Below are positions 51,313 to 64,000 of a stretch of DNA of 64,000 nt, in pieces. Numbering within the stretch: the first letter of the stretch is position 1; each line of letters begins with the position of its first letter. The DNA lies in contig NW_020844929.1 of assembly GCF_003704095.1 (NCBI RefSeq), positions 1 to 64,000 on the forward strand, given 5' to 3'. The DNA comes from Pocillopora damicornis (Eukaryota). The translations under genes were made by a program, and so were the position numbers. Under the pieces are notes generated by a model. That model searched no databases. It was not told the DNA's origin and saw only the letters and a list, made by a program, of their open reading frames with translations.

Positions 51313-52966
51313 TGTGAGCAGAGCTGGAAATGTTTCCGTAATCCTTTCCTGGCTAAGCGCATCACCTATAGTCAAACGAAGTGAAATACAGTTTGTTATG
51401 TAATTCTTTAAACCTAAACATAGTCAACGGCCGGCAATGAGAACATTCAGGAATGTAACTCATATCGATTACTGCTCTGTAAAATAGCTTCCACTCAGTA
51501 AATAAATGACATTGTCATTTAAGTAGTATAATTCTAAGTTCCGGTTCACAGAAAGTAGGTTCACCCTAAGTTTTAATCCTAAGATAACTCCAAGATGACT
51601 CGATTCTGTGCCCTTAAGTTTATGTTTTTCTCTATTATAACAATGCTAAACTGAAAATTTTCGTGTTATGAATTTGAGTCATTATATTAAAGAAAAAATG
51701 TTTCCGTGCTCTCGTGCTCATTGCTGACAGCTCATCAAGTTAAGTGGTTCAAATAATTTCTGCATAGCAAACAAATTCCTCTATTGGCCTTTTGTTCTTT
51801 GTGGTCTGCCTGATTCTACCCGACCGGCCGGCGAGTTTACTTATACGTTCATTTACACAATTCAATTAAGGAAAGAACACAAAATACCTCTTAATAAACA
51901 GCCTTGTAATTAATGAACATGTTATGAGTCCTTTTTATGAAGTTTTGTTAGCAGAGAGAAGTGAATCCTTTTATTCGTTATAACAATGATGTGCTTGATT
52001 TACCTGCCTAGAACGTGTGTCTTATACTGATCAATAACTTCACACATGACGACCTTTGGTGGTAAAACTAAGAGGAATTGAATGATATTTTAAGATAGAA
52101 AATGAACTACTGGAAAACGGCCTACATCCCTGCCTCTGGCACTGCTTAAGATAATAGCCGGGTGAAGTAAAATTTATTCTAGATGAATCGAACAATTAGT
52201 TAAGTGCCTATTTTCTAGAACGTTTCTCTTACCTTAGTAAATACAGGGAGAGAATTGAACAATTGATGATAAATTAAACGTTAACAGCAAGGGTAACGCA
52301 GAGATCTGGGTTTCTTGTCCCATGAACCGTTTTAGTTGGCTTGATGGCGTGATTTCATTTCGCTGATAAGTTTTGTAAGTAAATATCATTAACACTCAGG
52401 AAGCAACAGAGAGATGCTGAAAGTTTGTCAATCAAAGTTGAACTGCTATGGTAATTAATCTTGAGCTATCAAGTGTCTCGCCTTATGGATCGACTCAGTG
52501 GCTCACGTGCACCTGGAGTGTTTCACGCGTATGCCAATGAACTACGCATGGCTTAACTCTAAAGATAGCTTTAGGTGTTTTGTATTATTTAGCATTATCT
52601 ATTTTCTTGCTACGTCAGGCCTCAAATTTGCTTTCGCTTCAATTTTAATTTTTGTAGACAGTCTTCAAGTGAGCACAATTACACAACTGGGAGCGTTTTT
52701 TATTTCAAACCTGACCTTGTTTCCTATTGTCTTGTTATTACAAGAGTTCCAAAGTCCATTCATTCCCTGGTAATTGCAGGCAGGGTTACAGAACAAAACA
52801 TATCATCCCAATTATTCAGTCCCAAAAGGAGCCGGGATTTTTAAAATAAAGTTTTACACCTATCGTCGTCACTTTCTGCTTTACGCGCATGATAACTGAA
52901 ATGTATAAATATTTCTTTTCCTTACGTATGCTTTCCTCTCGCTAGCCAATGGTTGGTAAGAGCACA

Positions 52967-53065
52967 AACGAGCTAGTTAATTCGCAGGTCAATTAACTAG
53001 CTCGTTAAAACACTAGACATCTCTGATGTCTAGTGTTTTAAAAAGGAAACCTTAAAAATGGTTTC
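52967..53065. repeat. Abutting perfect inverted repeats (16-bp and 17-bp stems) plus a small third hairpin
   Basis: aacgagctagttaatt-N8-aattaactagctcgtt (52967-53006); ttaaaacactagacatc-tct-gatgtctagtgttttaa (53005-53041); gaaacc-N8-ggtttc (53046-53065). Confidence 0.85.
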
Positions 53066-55842
53066 TGTGCTTGATTCAATAGCTGAGTAAATGAATGAAA
53101 TGAACTTCTTCTTTCACTTGGTGAAATACATGGAATATTTTCCTCAAAACACGTTTCGCATCAAAATAGTATGCTTCGATTAAACAAAGGCACGTGGTCT
53201 GAAACACTGACGCCCCTATGCGAAATTGCTAGTGGGACCAAAACAAGCAATAATTTAACAAAGATTGATTGAACCATTTTACCAGTTGCATCTTCTCTGT
53301 TTTTTTTTTTCACGGGGCAAAAGTTTAATTCATCCTAAGGAGCCAAGTCTCAAGAGATGAGAGCACCCCGCGGTGCCTCAGCACAAGTTCCAAATTTACA
53401 GACAGTTACTCGAGTGTTGATAATGAATATATGTCATCAGTTGTGCTACTTTATCTAAAAAGAGGTACCGACGAAAACATAATATTTTTTTTAATATTAA
53501 GAACGCTTTCTATTTTCCTTCCTCATTCAGCTATCACGTAAAGGAAATAAGTTCATGAATACCGATTTCCAGCTGCAAATGCATTGTACGAAGTCTTTTA
53601 GACTGAACTTAAACCTAAGCTACTTGTAGTGTTAGGTTTTCTTTAAAAATTTCCAGAATATTTTGAGTGAATGGGCTTCTATGTACATAAAAATCCTTGT
53701 GATATTTTTTTCCGTTGTTTTTATTTTTAGACGAGAAGTTCCTGAGAAGCGACCCTCGCTTTCTTATAAAGTCTTTCAATGACTTCTCGTTCAAAACAGC
53801 TTTCGAACCACTTTTTCATAAGTTGTTCAAGCATGAATGCAAAATTTCCTGACTTTAGGATTATGCTTTCATCGCAGTTTAGTTCTCTTAAAATAACCTG
53901 AAAATTAGTAGTGGTTGGAAGCATGGAGAAAGGATTGCGAATTGAACGGCGTAAGATTTTGAGCTCGTTCTTTGACGGTACTTAATGTACTCCTCCGGTT
54001 AGGACAAACACTTACTGTGGTGGCTAATACACCTGTTTCTAAGTGCCTGATAAAGGACGTAGCTGCTCAAAACGCCGGAAATTTTTGTCAAAACTATTTC
54101 GATTACTCTCTTTCCTTTCGCCTGGGATTATCATTTCTTTTAAACTCTTTCCTTTCGCCTGGGATTGTTAGTCACGATATCGAGAGAACCGTTTTGCTCG
54201 ATTTTTCAAGATCCTTAAACCAATATCATCTGCTGTTTTGATAGAAGACTCTTTCCGCATTCCGCCATAAACGACAGTAACAAGTATGTGAGCATCAAAC
54301 GATGCAATAAAGTTAGTTATAGCACAAAAACGTCCGTAAATGTTACACTTGATGGCGGAATGCTAAGTCTGAGCCACGATTTCACATAAGAATCGTAGAT
54401 TAAAGGCGACCACCGTGCGATGAGCGGGCTCAAAGTCTACTATCTTGCTGTCACTAGCAACGCTTCCGACGTTGCTGATTCAAGCAGTATACAGAGATCC
54501 TTGTTACACGTAGACCAAATTTCTCTCTTAACTCACAAACAAGTTCTTTGTTATTCGCTTAACGTTGCTTAGTCGCAAAATCGGAAGGTTTGAAATTTAA
54601 ATAATTACGGGAGACTAAGATTTTTTTGTTGCCCTCCTCCGACGATCATTCATGCGTGTTTATAAACCATTGCTGTGTTACGCTGGTGTTTTGAACGCCA
54701 AGTATCTTACATGCTACGCAATATAGGCACCAATCCCAAACTTACCGAAGGTTCTGGCAGATGATGAATCTTTAAAGGCTGCCGAAAACGCGGCGTAAAA
54801 ATCTTGTGAGTTGTCTGCTCGATATATTCAATTTGTTGATATGATGTATGTTCCGTTCCCTCTGGCGAAACGTAATCCAGCGCCGGATATCAATTGCTTC
54901 CTGGTGCACGTGATCAGGTCATGCACCAATCATGTACTCCGCGATCAAATATGCAAATGTATGAGAACACAGGACATCGCTGTCAAAGATATTAGGATTC
55001 TTAGCCTTATTTCATCTTGCTAAATGCATGGGAGGAAATTTATTAATAGGTTAAAATGGGTTAATAATGACATGCTGGCGAAAGGAACGTATAAAAGAAA
55101 AACTGTTTCGTAAGCAAGAGTTGATCGCAAAAGTGGACGTGATGCTATCATATAAATAAATCTTTCGTTTCGCTCTCCTAACCTGAGGTCATAAAAAAAA
55201 ATTCCTCCAGTTGGATTTAAGTTCAGTCTCCTGGGGCAGCCACAAAATTGGTTTAGAAAAATTATAAAAAAAGGAAAGCCGAAACCTCAAATCGAACGAA
55301 ATAAAGATTTTTTTATGCTTTTGAATACAGCCATGAAAGTGTCGTGAATGAGATGCCGACAATGTTCTTTTTGGCTGTTGTTCAAAACGCTGCTTTGGGA
55401 AAAGTCGTGGGTGGCGCTTGAAGGTGCACCTCTGTCATTTTGAAGGAGCCACAAAAGACCTCTTTCCTTATGTCTCTCCCCGCGAACATTGAGCTCTCAG
55501 AGTCATTTTAATCTAGTTCTCTACATTCATGTTTACTTTTACTCGTGAAAAGTATATCTGAATCCACATAATGTGAATATGTTTTTCATTCGCCTATACT
55601 AAGACACTGAATAAATAAATAAATAATCGAAAAAATAAATTATCAAGGAATGCCATCAAAATAAAATGCAAGTTACAAGGCATTTGCCCGACTATCAAGC
55701 CTATAAAGACTATAAAAGCCTTGGAATTTCCTCTCGAGTTTTCATACGTAATCTCTTTATATATATATTTCGTTTGTTCCGGTAGACTAAGAAAAGTTGG
55801 GAAAATGAAACAGCAAACAAACCATCCTAGATGCTCGAAAGC

Positions 55843-55960
55843 AACAATAATGATAATGATGATAATAATAATGATGATGATAATGTGCTAATAATGATAA
55901 TAAAAATATTAATAATGATGATACTCATGATCATAACAATAATGATAAGAACAACAACGG
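55843..55960 (+). repeat. Imperfect (AAT/GAT)n microsatellite
   Basis: Directly visible. Confidence 0.85.
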
Positions 55961-58900
55961 AATAAAGATTAACGGTTACTTATAGTAATAGACTGACAAA
56001 CAAACCGAGGAATGATTTTTTTCTTTTATATATTCATTTGTCGGAATTTTTCTTCCTGATTTGACCTGGCATTGTATGCATCGTATGCGTTAATCATCCA
56101 TCTCCTCTCTGATACTAAAAATAAAACAAAAAAAAACGAGGGTAAAATTCATTTTAAAGGTCATAGGCTGGCAGAAGTTTGCATCGTTATATCCGGCCAT
56201 TTTGTTGCTCCTTTTTCGTTACTTGTTTTTCACCTATTACAGTCTCTACTGTCTCATATTTTGCGTTTCCTCTTGTTCTGATCAATAAATAAAACATATG
56301 TCATGATCATTGTACATCACTTTAAGCCACTGGAAAGACGTGATCGTGTCTTTTTGTAGACAAGTAGACAAGCATTGACGCGACGATGTAATTGAAAACT
56401 ATCAAACCAATTAAAATTAAGTAGAACAATGAAAATTAGTGGATCACCTTGGATTCAAAAGATGTTTGATATGACCGACTGTATGTAACTACCTTCACGT
56501 ACACGATTCATAATTTCTCAAAACTAGAGTTCTTTCTTTAAAACGAGTGAATTCATAAAGCAAACTTGATGGCTTTACAGAGCTTTCATTTTTTCCTCAT
56601 AGGAGGATGTAGATACGTCGCAATTTTTAACACAAAGCTACTTACTCAAAGGTGTTCCTGAATGAAAGGTATTTGACTGTGTTGGTTTGCTTGCACACGT
56701 CATTCACCAACGCCTGTTGCTAGGATACCCCGTTATTATATCTTGGCAATCGATAAAGTTTAATATCTCAAACATTTTAGCCTTGAACTTGCCTTTCAAA
56801 AAAAACAAACCAAAACAAAAAAAATTGTCTTGTCAAGGTCGTTTATATATTGTCTTTCATTTCAGATTGTTCCGCAGTTTTTATGATATAAATGCTTCAC
56901 TTTTGTAATCGTCTTTGATGCCATTAGAAATAATAGTACTGCGGTTTTAGGAGAGTTTTAATTGCAAATCACCCGCAAATAACTCGAGGGCGACTACGAT
57001 TTGTATCCAAAGACACCCCTCCAAGTATCCTTAAAGCTTGTGGTAGATAATAATGTTTGTAAGCGCTCTAAAGATAGTTTTCCATTGTGAAAGGCAAAAG
57101 CAGTTTAGCAGTCTTACATACTAAATGCCAAGTAGGAAGTAAGCCGGTTAAAATTTTAACACATGAAATTCGAAGATAAGTAGACACGAGGACGGCGTTA
57201 GAGATTGAGAAAGAGTGAATGATTTATGAGACTGTGTTTTTTTTATCTGTTTTGTTTTGTTTTATTTTTTTCGATAGTAAATAGAGAGCGACTTTATGAA
57301 CACAACTTAGAAAAAGTTGGAAAATCTTACCAATAAAAGGAGCTAACTGCTGCCAAAAGAGCGCCAAAGACAGCTCAAGTACGTCAAATGCTAGCTAGCT
57401 GTGGCCATTAAAAAAGATGTGTCGATTTTATCGGTTCTTTCGAAAATCATGTAATCTGGAGAAATCATGTGCGGAACTTTGAGTGCTTCGAATGATTCAT
57501 TGAGGAATCCCAGATCATTTTAACAACAGCGCACTCTCTAGACATGAACAGACAACTGCTTGTAGAGCAGACAACCTGGGCCGTAAATGTTGAATGTTAA
57601 CGTTGCTTCGTTTGTGGACATGTCACTAAAGTAACTTAAGATATAAATAGATTAAGACGCGTTGTTTTCTTTTTATCGAATTTGGAGAATATTTTTGATA
57701 GACTGTAACTGCTGGAGAAGCAGGTGTCTACTAATGGAAAGAGAGAAAAGATAAAATGTTCTGCTGGCGGATCAAGAAAGCATGTTATTCATCGAAGAAA
57801 TTGTTGTCAGCTAATATTTACATTGAAAGTATGATAGAGTATCAATAAACTATAGCTTCAATAGCGTGAATGAGATGATAGGTGGAGCCATGTGTATGGT
57901 ATTCATGCTTTTCAAAGCGATATGCATGCAACCGGCCTTCATCTACAATAACGAAGACCTCTTAGTTTGTTTTCCACATACCCTACAGCATGTTTCTGTT
58001 CTTTACTTGCATTAATTAGCATACATATGTTTTCCCTAGATAGTATTCATTTGTTTGTTTTTTTTTCTCGCACATGCAGTATTCATGATTTGCCTTTTCA
58101 GTCATAGATGAACGATGAACGAAAGTTCAGTTGGTTTTAGCCGATTTTGTTTCCTTGATAATCTTACTTACTTTTTGTTTGGTTCAAAAACTGGGGATTT
58201 GAGCACACGGATAGCTCTCCTCTGTTTTCCAGTTCATACGATTCAAACCAAGATGCCGAAAATGCCGGCCTTGGAAGCTTCAAGCGTACATAGTGTCGGA
58301 AAATAGCTCATGGATATATTAAGTTTTGCTTTATGTGGAAAATAGAGTGTATACGGAACTGCTCATGACAAGGGATAAATGTAACATTTAGTATTATTCT
58401 GACTCGGAAAGAATCATTAGGTTGTACCTCCCTTTCCGGAGAAAGGAAATAACGCAAGTCAGTGAACAATCTCGTACACGCAAATGATCATAATTCTTTT
58501 CTTTAAGTGAATATTTTAGAAAAGATCGTCATTCAGTGAGAAGATGACAATAAAAACAAAGGAAGCACTTTAGATGCATTTTACTATTATCATTAAAACT
58601 ATCATTATTATTATCACTGATACTATTTCAAGAGGTAGATACTTCTAAATCGATCAATTTGGCCACTTCTAGCAAAGCAGCCGAAGCTATAGTCCATCTA
58701 ACGCTTGTTGGCAATGTCATTGAACGATCGTGACCATAAAAAAGAGGTCTCTTTGTTGCGTAGGACGACAGTTAAATGAAACAATTGCGAAATGCTCACA
58801 TGCTGACTCGACAAGGTAATTTTAAAATAACAATGAACTGAATCTTTCTTTTAATAAGATCAAACATGATTCCACTTCTGCTACCGGGAAAAACGCTTAA

Positions 58901-61218
58901 TTCTGTTTACTTTTTCCATAAGATCTCGACCACTCTGATAAACTATTTCCTCGTAAAAATAATAACAATGATATAACTTAATACACTCAAAATTAAGGAA
59001 ACTTGTGGTAAACGCTGTCATGGTATCTTGATTTTTGAAGGACAGAAATTTGATTTGTATGCATATATTTCGAAATGGCTCATGATCATGAAGCGAGCAT
59101 ATTAGACAGAGAGAGAAAGAGATACGGTTTTTAAAGAAAAGGGGAAAATATGCCGGTGCTAAAAAGCATGATTAAAATGTTGCTTTTGTATATATCTTAT
59201 AATTAAACAGTGGAGTAGAAAATGAAGTATTAATTTAACGCTCAGCAGGTGCCTCGACCATCGCAAAGTGTTATGAATTTGACCTGAGTAAATTAAAAAC
59301 TCCTTTTGAAGTACTTCATAAATAATTTTATCGTATTTATATCCACAAACACTCTAACCTTACTCTGATAAAAAAAAATTCATTTAAAATTCTTCGACCA
59401 TTTTAAAATATCGCCATTTGAGCAACCACAAGTGGGTAGGGGATTCACGATTATGTTACTGACTGACGTCAACTACGCGTTCAAAATGATGAGTCAGGAC
59501 AACTGCCGTTCTAAAGAATAACCTCAAAATGTTCATGTTAGTTCCGACTTTTGGGTCCAATTTCCTAATTTCTTAATCATTTACACATAAAGATAAATAA
59601 ATAGCGTCGTGCACCGGCTACTGATTCGATCTGCACAAAACTAAAAAAAGCAGAAGATTGATTCAGTGCCTTGGATCGGAAGGAAATTGATTTTATTCCT
59701 TCTTGTTTCGTTTCTTATATTGTTTGATTGGATTTAAGGAACGGATAATGACTAGAAATCGCGAAAACCTTTTAGCCAATAAAAATGAAAATAATGTGAA
59801 TTAAAAAATACTGATAATTGTTTGAAATTCCTTCAAACGTTTAAGAGATACCAAACATGGACGAAAGAAAGAAAAAAAAAACTCAAAAGCGATATGGTCT
59901 TAATTTAAAGCTAGATAAGATAAGACACTAAGTTAAACAAGGGGTCCAATTAAAAATTTTCTTATCACACTTAACTTTATGGAATGCGGGCAACCCTTTG
60001 TGGTGAACGAAACCAGACATTTGTTTGTTTAACAAATAATTGTTTTGGAGAGAAATTCACAGATATACAATTTGCTCTGCCGGTATTGTTATGAGATGAC
60101 CTTTGCCTTGCTAGAACGTAAACTGGAGCACGTACTCAACCGAAAAACGTGCAAAGTTGCAGGTAATCTACTACTATCTACGAATTATCGAGACCTAAAG
60201 GTCGGTAGATAACACGTAACTGTTGAAAGAAAAACAAGCCCGTCATTTAAAGACTTTGTCTAGCGCTGATTTATTTCAACTCCAAAATATGCAAAATGAT
60301 AGATGACACAAATGTCCGACATTCTGTCACTCCAGATAACGAATTCCTTTAAAATACCCGTAGATACTCGTTACGATTGATATATTCTTTTGATGAGTAT
60401 TGATGAAATGAAAGAGACACACTATAAGAATTTTAATTTAAACCCCCCCGAGTTAAAAATAATTTTCCATCTTTCATGAACGTGACTGCAAGGTCACGAA
60501 ATGGATCACTCGTTTTCCAAATTAGACAGTGGTTCAATAAATATTAATTAAAAGCGAACTTTAGACAGCGTCGAGATCCATTTGAACTTTAAAGTGTTGT
60601 TTCCTTTTCTGTTTTTTTTTGTTTGTTTGTTTGATCCATCTGAACGGTATCTTTCTAAAATTGTCTTATTCCGAGAACCAACCGGTTTCCATCTAAACCG
60701 AAGCTAACCCTAAAAAAACTTTGATTTGACTCGAATATATGGACAAACGCGAACCGACAAAATAGGAAAACCCAATAGGTTTTAAGTTAACAACAAAACA
60801 AAATATTTTCATAGTTCTGAACATTTATTAGAATATCCATCCCAATATTTAAGAATAGCTTTCTCACTTCAATTTCAAATCATACAAATACTTTCACACT
60901 TTAATATTTTACATCATGTCAAATCATTTTCAATAAGAGAATTGAGTTATTTAATTTATAACTATAAACCACCCTTTTTTAATAGATCAAGTATTATCTT
61001 ATTGATAGCAAAATATTAAATACCTTAACGCGTGTAAAGCCTTCCTTGCAGTCTTTCTTTTTCTTTAGTTTATAATTCTTTAACTTTCAGTCGCGATCTT
61101 GTCTTCTAACCCCGGAATTATTTGTTGTCACTTGAAATAAATGACAACCAGGCTAATTTCGTGTCCTTAATAATTTATACTTTACTGATCATACACATAT
61201 ATACATATGTGTATATAC

Positions 61219-61977
61219 CTAACTCTGACTGTTTAAAAAGCGCTCCAAAATTACAGCTTTAGTCGTGAATAAATCATAGTCCAACTCCTCTTTTTCGATA
61301 TGTCTTCTGAGGTCAGCTGAATGTTTTTCTTCGGTTCCTTTGCGTGGAGTCTCTCCGTTGTTGAGTTGAGGCAAACTGTTAGAGCATGTATCGTTTTGTA
61401 TTTTTGTGACGAGAGAAAATTTTCCATCGTTAAAAATGACTGGATGTGAAATTGTTCTAGTAAGTTCGTAGTGTTGTGGGCGATGTACTCTCTCTACCCA
61501 TTCAGATGAAGGCGCCGGCAGTAGTTGGACATTCTCTTTCAAGTCTCTTTTAATAAGATTTGGTAGCCAAGAGTTTTCGTGGGAGCTTCTTTTCTCTAAG
61601 GCCGATTTGAACAACTTCCCTCGTCTTGGATGTGAAGGCAATCCCACCAGTGCTATTATTTCGGTTTTTCCCTGTTCAGTGTCTGAAAAGGCATGAGGTG
61701 TTGTAATTCTTGACGGCACGTTACAATCCGAAGATCCCTCACGCAATGAAGGTAGATGCGATGAAGATGACGATCGTCTCGGTAGCATAATATTAGGATT
61801 TGGTAGTTCTTCGAGTTGGGAAGACTGATGAATTGGAGTGGCCTTCCTTACAGTCCTCATTGCTCCTTTAAAACTACAACGTCTAAGCTTCCACGGAACT
61901 TGTGCCGGTATCAAATTCGCGGATGTGTTTGCTGTGAAATCAGTTGCGATGTGATGGAACTTCACATGGATGTCAGT
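61219..61977 (-). CDS. Orphan disordered Ser/Pro/Arg-rich protein (~250 aa), C-terminal LxxFL helix; start uncertain
   Basis: Long ORF with RRCS, RRSSSSS, KRSS and RTIS motifs, ending EELDYDLFTTKAVILERFLNSQS*. The listed start is GTG; a possible in-frame acceptor precedes 61977, and a possible micro-exon MYVC lies at 62541-62530 (speculative). Confidence 0.7.
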   Translation of the reverse strand, partial: TDIHVKFHHIATDFTANTSANLIPAQVPWKLRRCSFKGAMRTVRKATPIHQSSQLEELPNPNIMLPRRSSSSSHLPSLREGSSDCNVPSRITTPHAFSDTEQGKTEIIALVGLPSHPRRGKLFKSALEKRSSHENSWLPNLIKRDLKENVQLLPAPSSEWVERVHRPQHYELTRTISHPVIFNDGKFSLVTKIQNDTCSNSLPQLNNGETPRKGTEEKHSADLRRHIEKEELDYDLFTTKAVILERFLNSQS

Positions 61978-63647
61978 CTTAATGCAGAGGTCACGAAATG
62001 GTGTTTGATCAAAGGAAATAATTACGATTAAAATAGAAAGACTTTGTCACTCAGTCAAACATTTATTGTTAAATGCGCGAATCACAGAATAGTTGATTTG
62101 TGCGCATTGTTCGATTATCATGGCGCAATTGAAAAGAAATCATGCCATGAAATCTGATGCTTTAACGACTGAGTGATTCTTTTCTTTTATTCCACGGTTT
62201 AATGCTCTAAGCTGCGCCAGATTAAAGCAAAAAAACGTGCATGTTAGGGGATGACCTTAAGGAACACGTTTCTTCAACTGCCCACTGTTGTAGAAGACAT
62301 CGGCGTCTTTCAATTTTACTGAAAAGCCGATTACGCTGTGATAGGAATTCATGTTTTTGTTAGATAAGGCGTTTAAATCTTTATGGGAAAGACCGAGCGT
62401 GTGTATTTGCACGCGCGACAGGGTGATGTAAAGTCTGTACGTGAAAACTCCTTTTACACTTGGATGGCCGACTGATCTGAATGTTTCAGGAAGTAACATG
62501 TCGATGGGTTGCCATGTGAACATGCTTACACACACGTACATACTTTATGACTAAACGCGAAAACCATTGGTTTAAATATCAAACCCGGCTAACGTTTGGT
62601 GACTATGGTTTGTGGGCCGATCGACCTCTAGGGGAGGAGGACTTAGGCACAGGTTTGAAGCGAATGGTGTTCATTTGTGGAAAGAACTTAAGGGGCCTTA
62701 AATTTAGAAATTTACAGTATTACGTATTGCATGGCCTTGCATTTAATCAAAAGAAGGCCAAGTTAATTTACTCTCAATTCATGAGGGAAGCTATATGGAA
62801 ACATCTGGAATCTTCGATTTTAAATTTTATGGCTGTATTTTTAATACGTTTATCTAAAAGTGTCATGCATCCTACAGGAACTTTTCTTTTCGTATTCGGC
62901 AAGAGAATAGTAAACTATAATCTCGTCTTCGATGATCTCCTTGATAAATGGACAAAGTGAACTACTGTTTCATTCTGGCATTAGATAAAACAAAATGATT
63001 GATAGCTTTTTTTTGTTTCTGAATTCTCCTGAACATAAAACAAAAAAAATTGTGTCGGTGTCAATCAGCCATATTTAGCTCTCGAAAATATACCATGTTT
63101 CCAACATGATTTCAAATGCGGTTTCAAAACTCGTTCAAGCGGCGGGCATCTTCACTCGAAGAAACCAGGAAATACAAGCAATGCGGATATGTTAGAAGAC
63201 CAGTTCTGTGCTTTTCCTTTTCAGTTTTCGAGGAACTAGCCCGCCGATATTTAATAGGGGTTGCTTTCTTCCGCTATGTAGGTCACGTTCAACGCAGATT
63301 ATTTTTATTTTGTCAACGTAACGTATATCTACTACTTCATATTTAGGTAATTATAATCACAGAGAGACTATACGCGTATTAATTATCACCCTTTAGATAT
63401 AAATCCTAGCGAATCGTTTAATTGATTTAGTATCAAAACCTCACAGGACAGGTAGTCTGAGTAATTCACAGCTTTGTGTACGCCTTCAACAATCCTCACT
63501 CCAAACCTGTCTCGATCTCACGCTTGACACCTAAAAGTGCACAAAACCGCAAGACACAAGACAGGCATGGGGGTGCTTTCTTACTACTTTTATCATTAAA
63601 ATTTTTATGCGCTAAATAGAACGCAGAGAGGCTTTTAATACCAATAC

Positions 63648-63694
63648 AATTATTATTATTATTATTAATATTATTATTATTATTATTATTATTA
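63648..63694 (+). repeat. (ATT)n microsatellite
   Basis: Directly visible. Confidence 0.9.
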
Positions 63695-64000
63695 TGCATC
63701 TATTTAAATATCCTCTATTTATTTGTTGTAGAAAGATATAAATTGGGTCAAGCCGTACGCGGATAATTGCGTGAATGATAAGAGTTTAACTGCTGATGAA
63801 TTTGGGATACCTCCGACGGGAGAAGATAAAGTGACAGGATTATCATTGCTTTGAAAGGATGTACATACGCATAAGGTTCATGACTCAACCAAGCACTATT
63901 TTGCAGTAGTTGCGATTTTCGACCTCTGTGGAATCGCTTCAAACTAATTAATTTGCGCTTATTTCCTTTACAGACAAATTGAACATGCAAATAAGTGACT

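Noticed and set aside
52002-52323. Upstream coding exons for the 50.4-51.3 kb gene (MGQETQ... and MCEVID...)
   Set aside because: One hits a stop just before its donor and the other is out of phase with the acceptor at 51366; at most these are UTR exons.
62547-62960. 137-aa plus-strand ORF
   Set aside because: Composition resembles translated AT-rich non-coding DNA; no motifs or splice support.

Overview
AT-rich, intron-containing animal genomic DNA, most likely a stony coral (inferred from repeat families and gene content; Pocilloporidae-like), with one assembly gap (N run 5040-5139). Genes reconstructed by hand: a single-exon GT31 beta-1,3-galactosyltransferase; a 6-exon, 506-aa GluR0-like channel combining a TTVGYGD K+ filter with iGluR topology; 10-exon RSPH14 with an RFX X-box; a convergent 4-exon SCNM1; a 4-exon secreted frizzled-related protein; and a 2-exon, 72-aa neuropeptide precursor (predicted SALTPYamide). 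Four dispersed orphan, Ser/Pro/Arg-rich genes share a C-terminal I/L-x-x-W/F-L helix, and one of them gains a myristoylation-type N-terminus through a small first exon. Mobile DNA includes a foldback/MULE-like element nested in a Penelope GIY-YIG remnant, a LINE 3' end, several MITEs, a tRNA-derived SINE and a family of Penelope-type minimal-hammerhead repeats, one forming a long palindrome. All splice models and homology calls were made by eye and from memory, without database searches.
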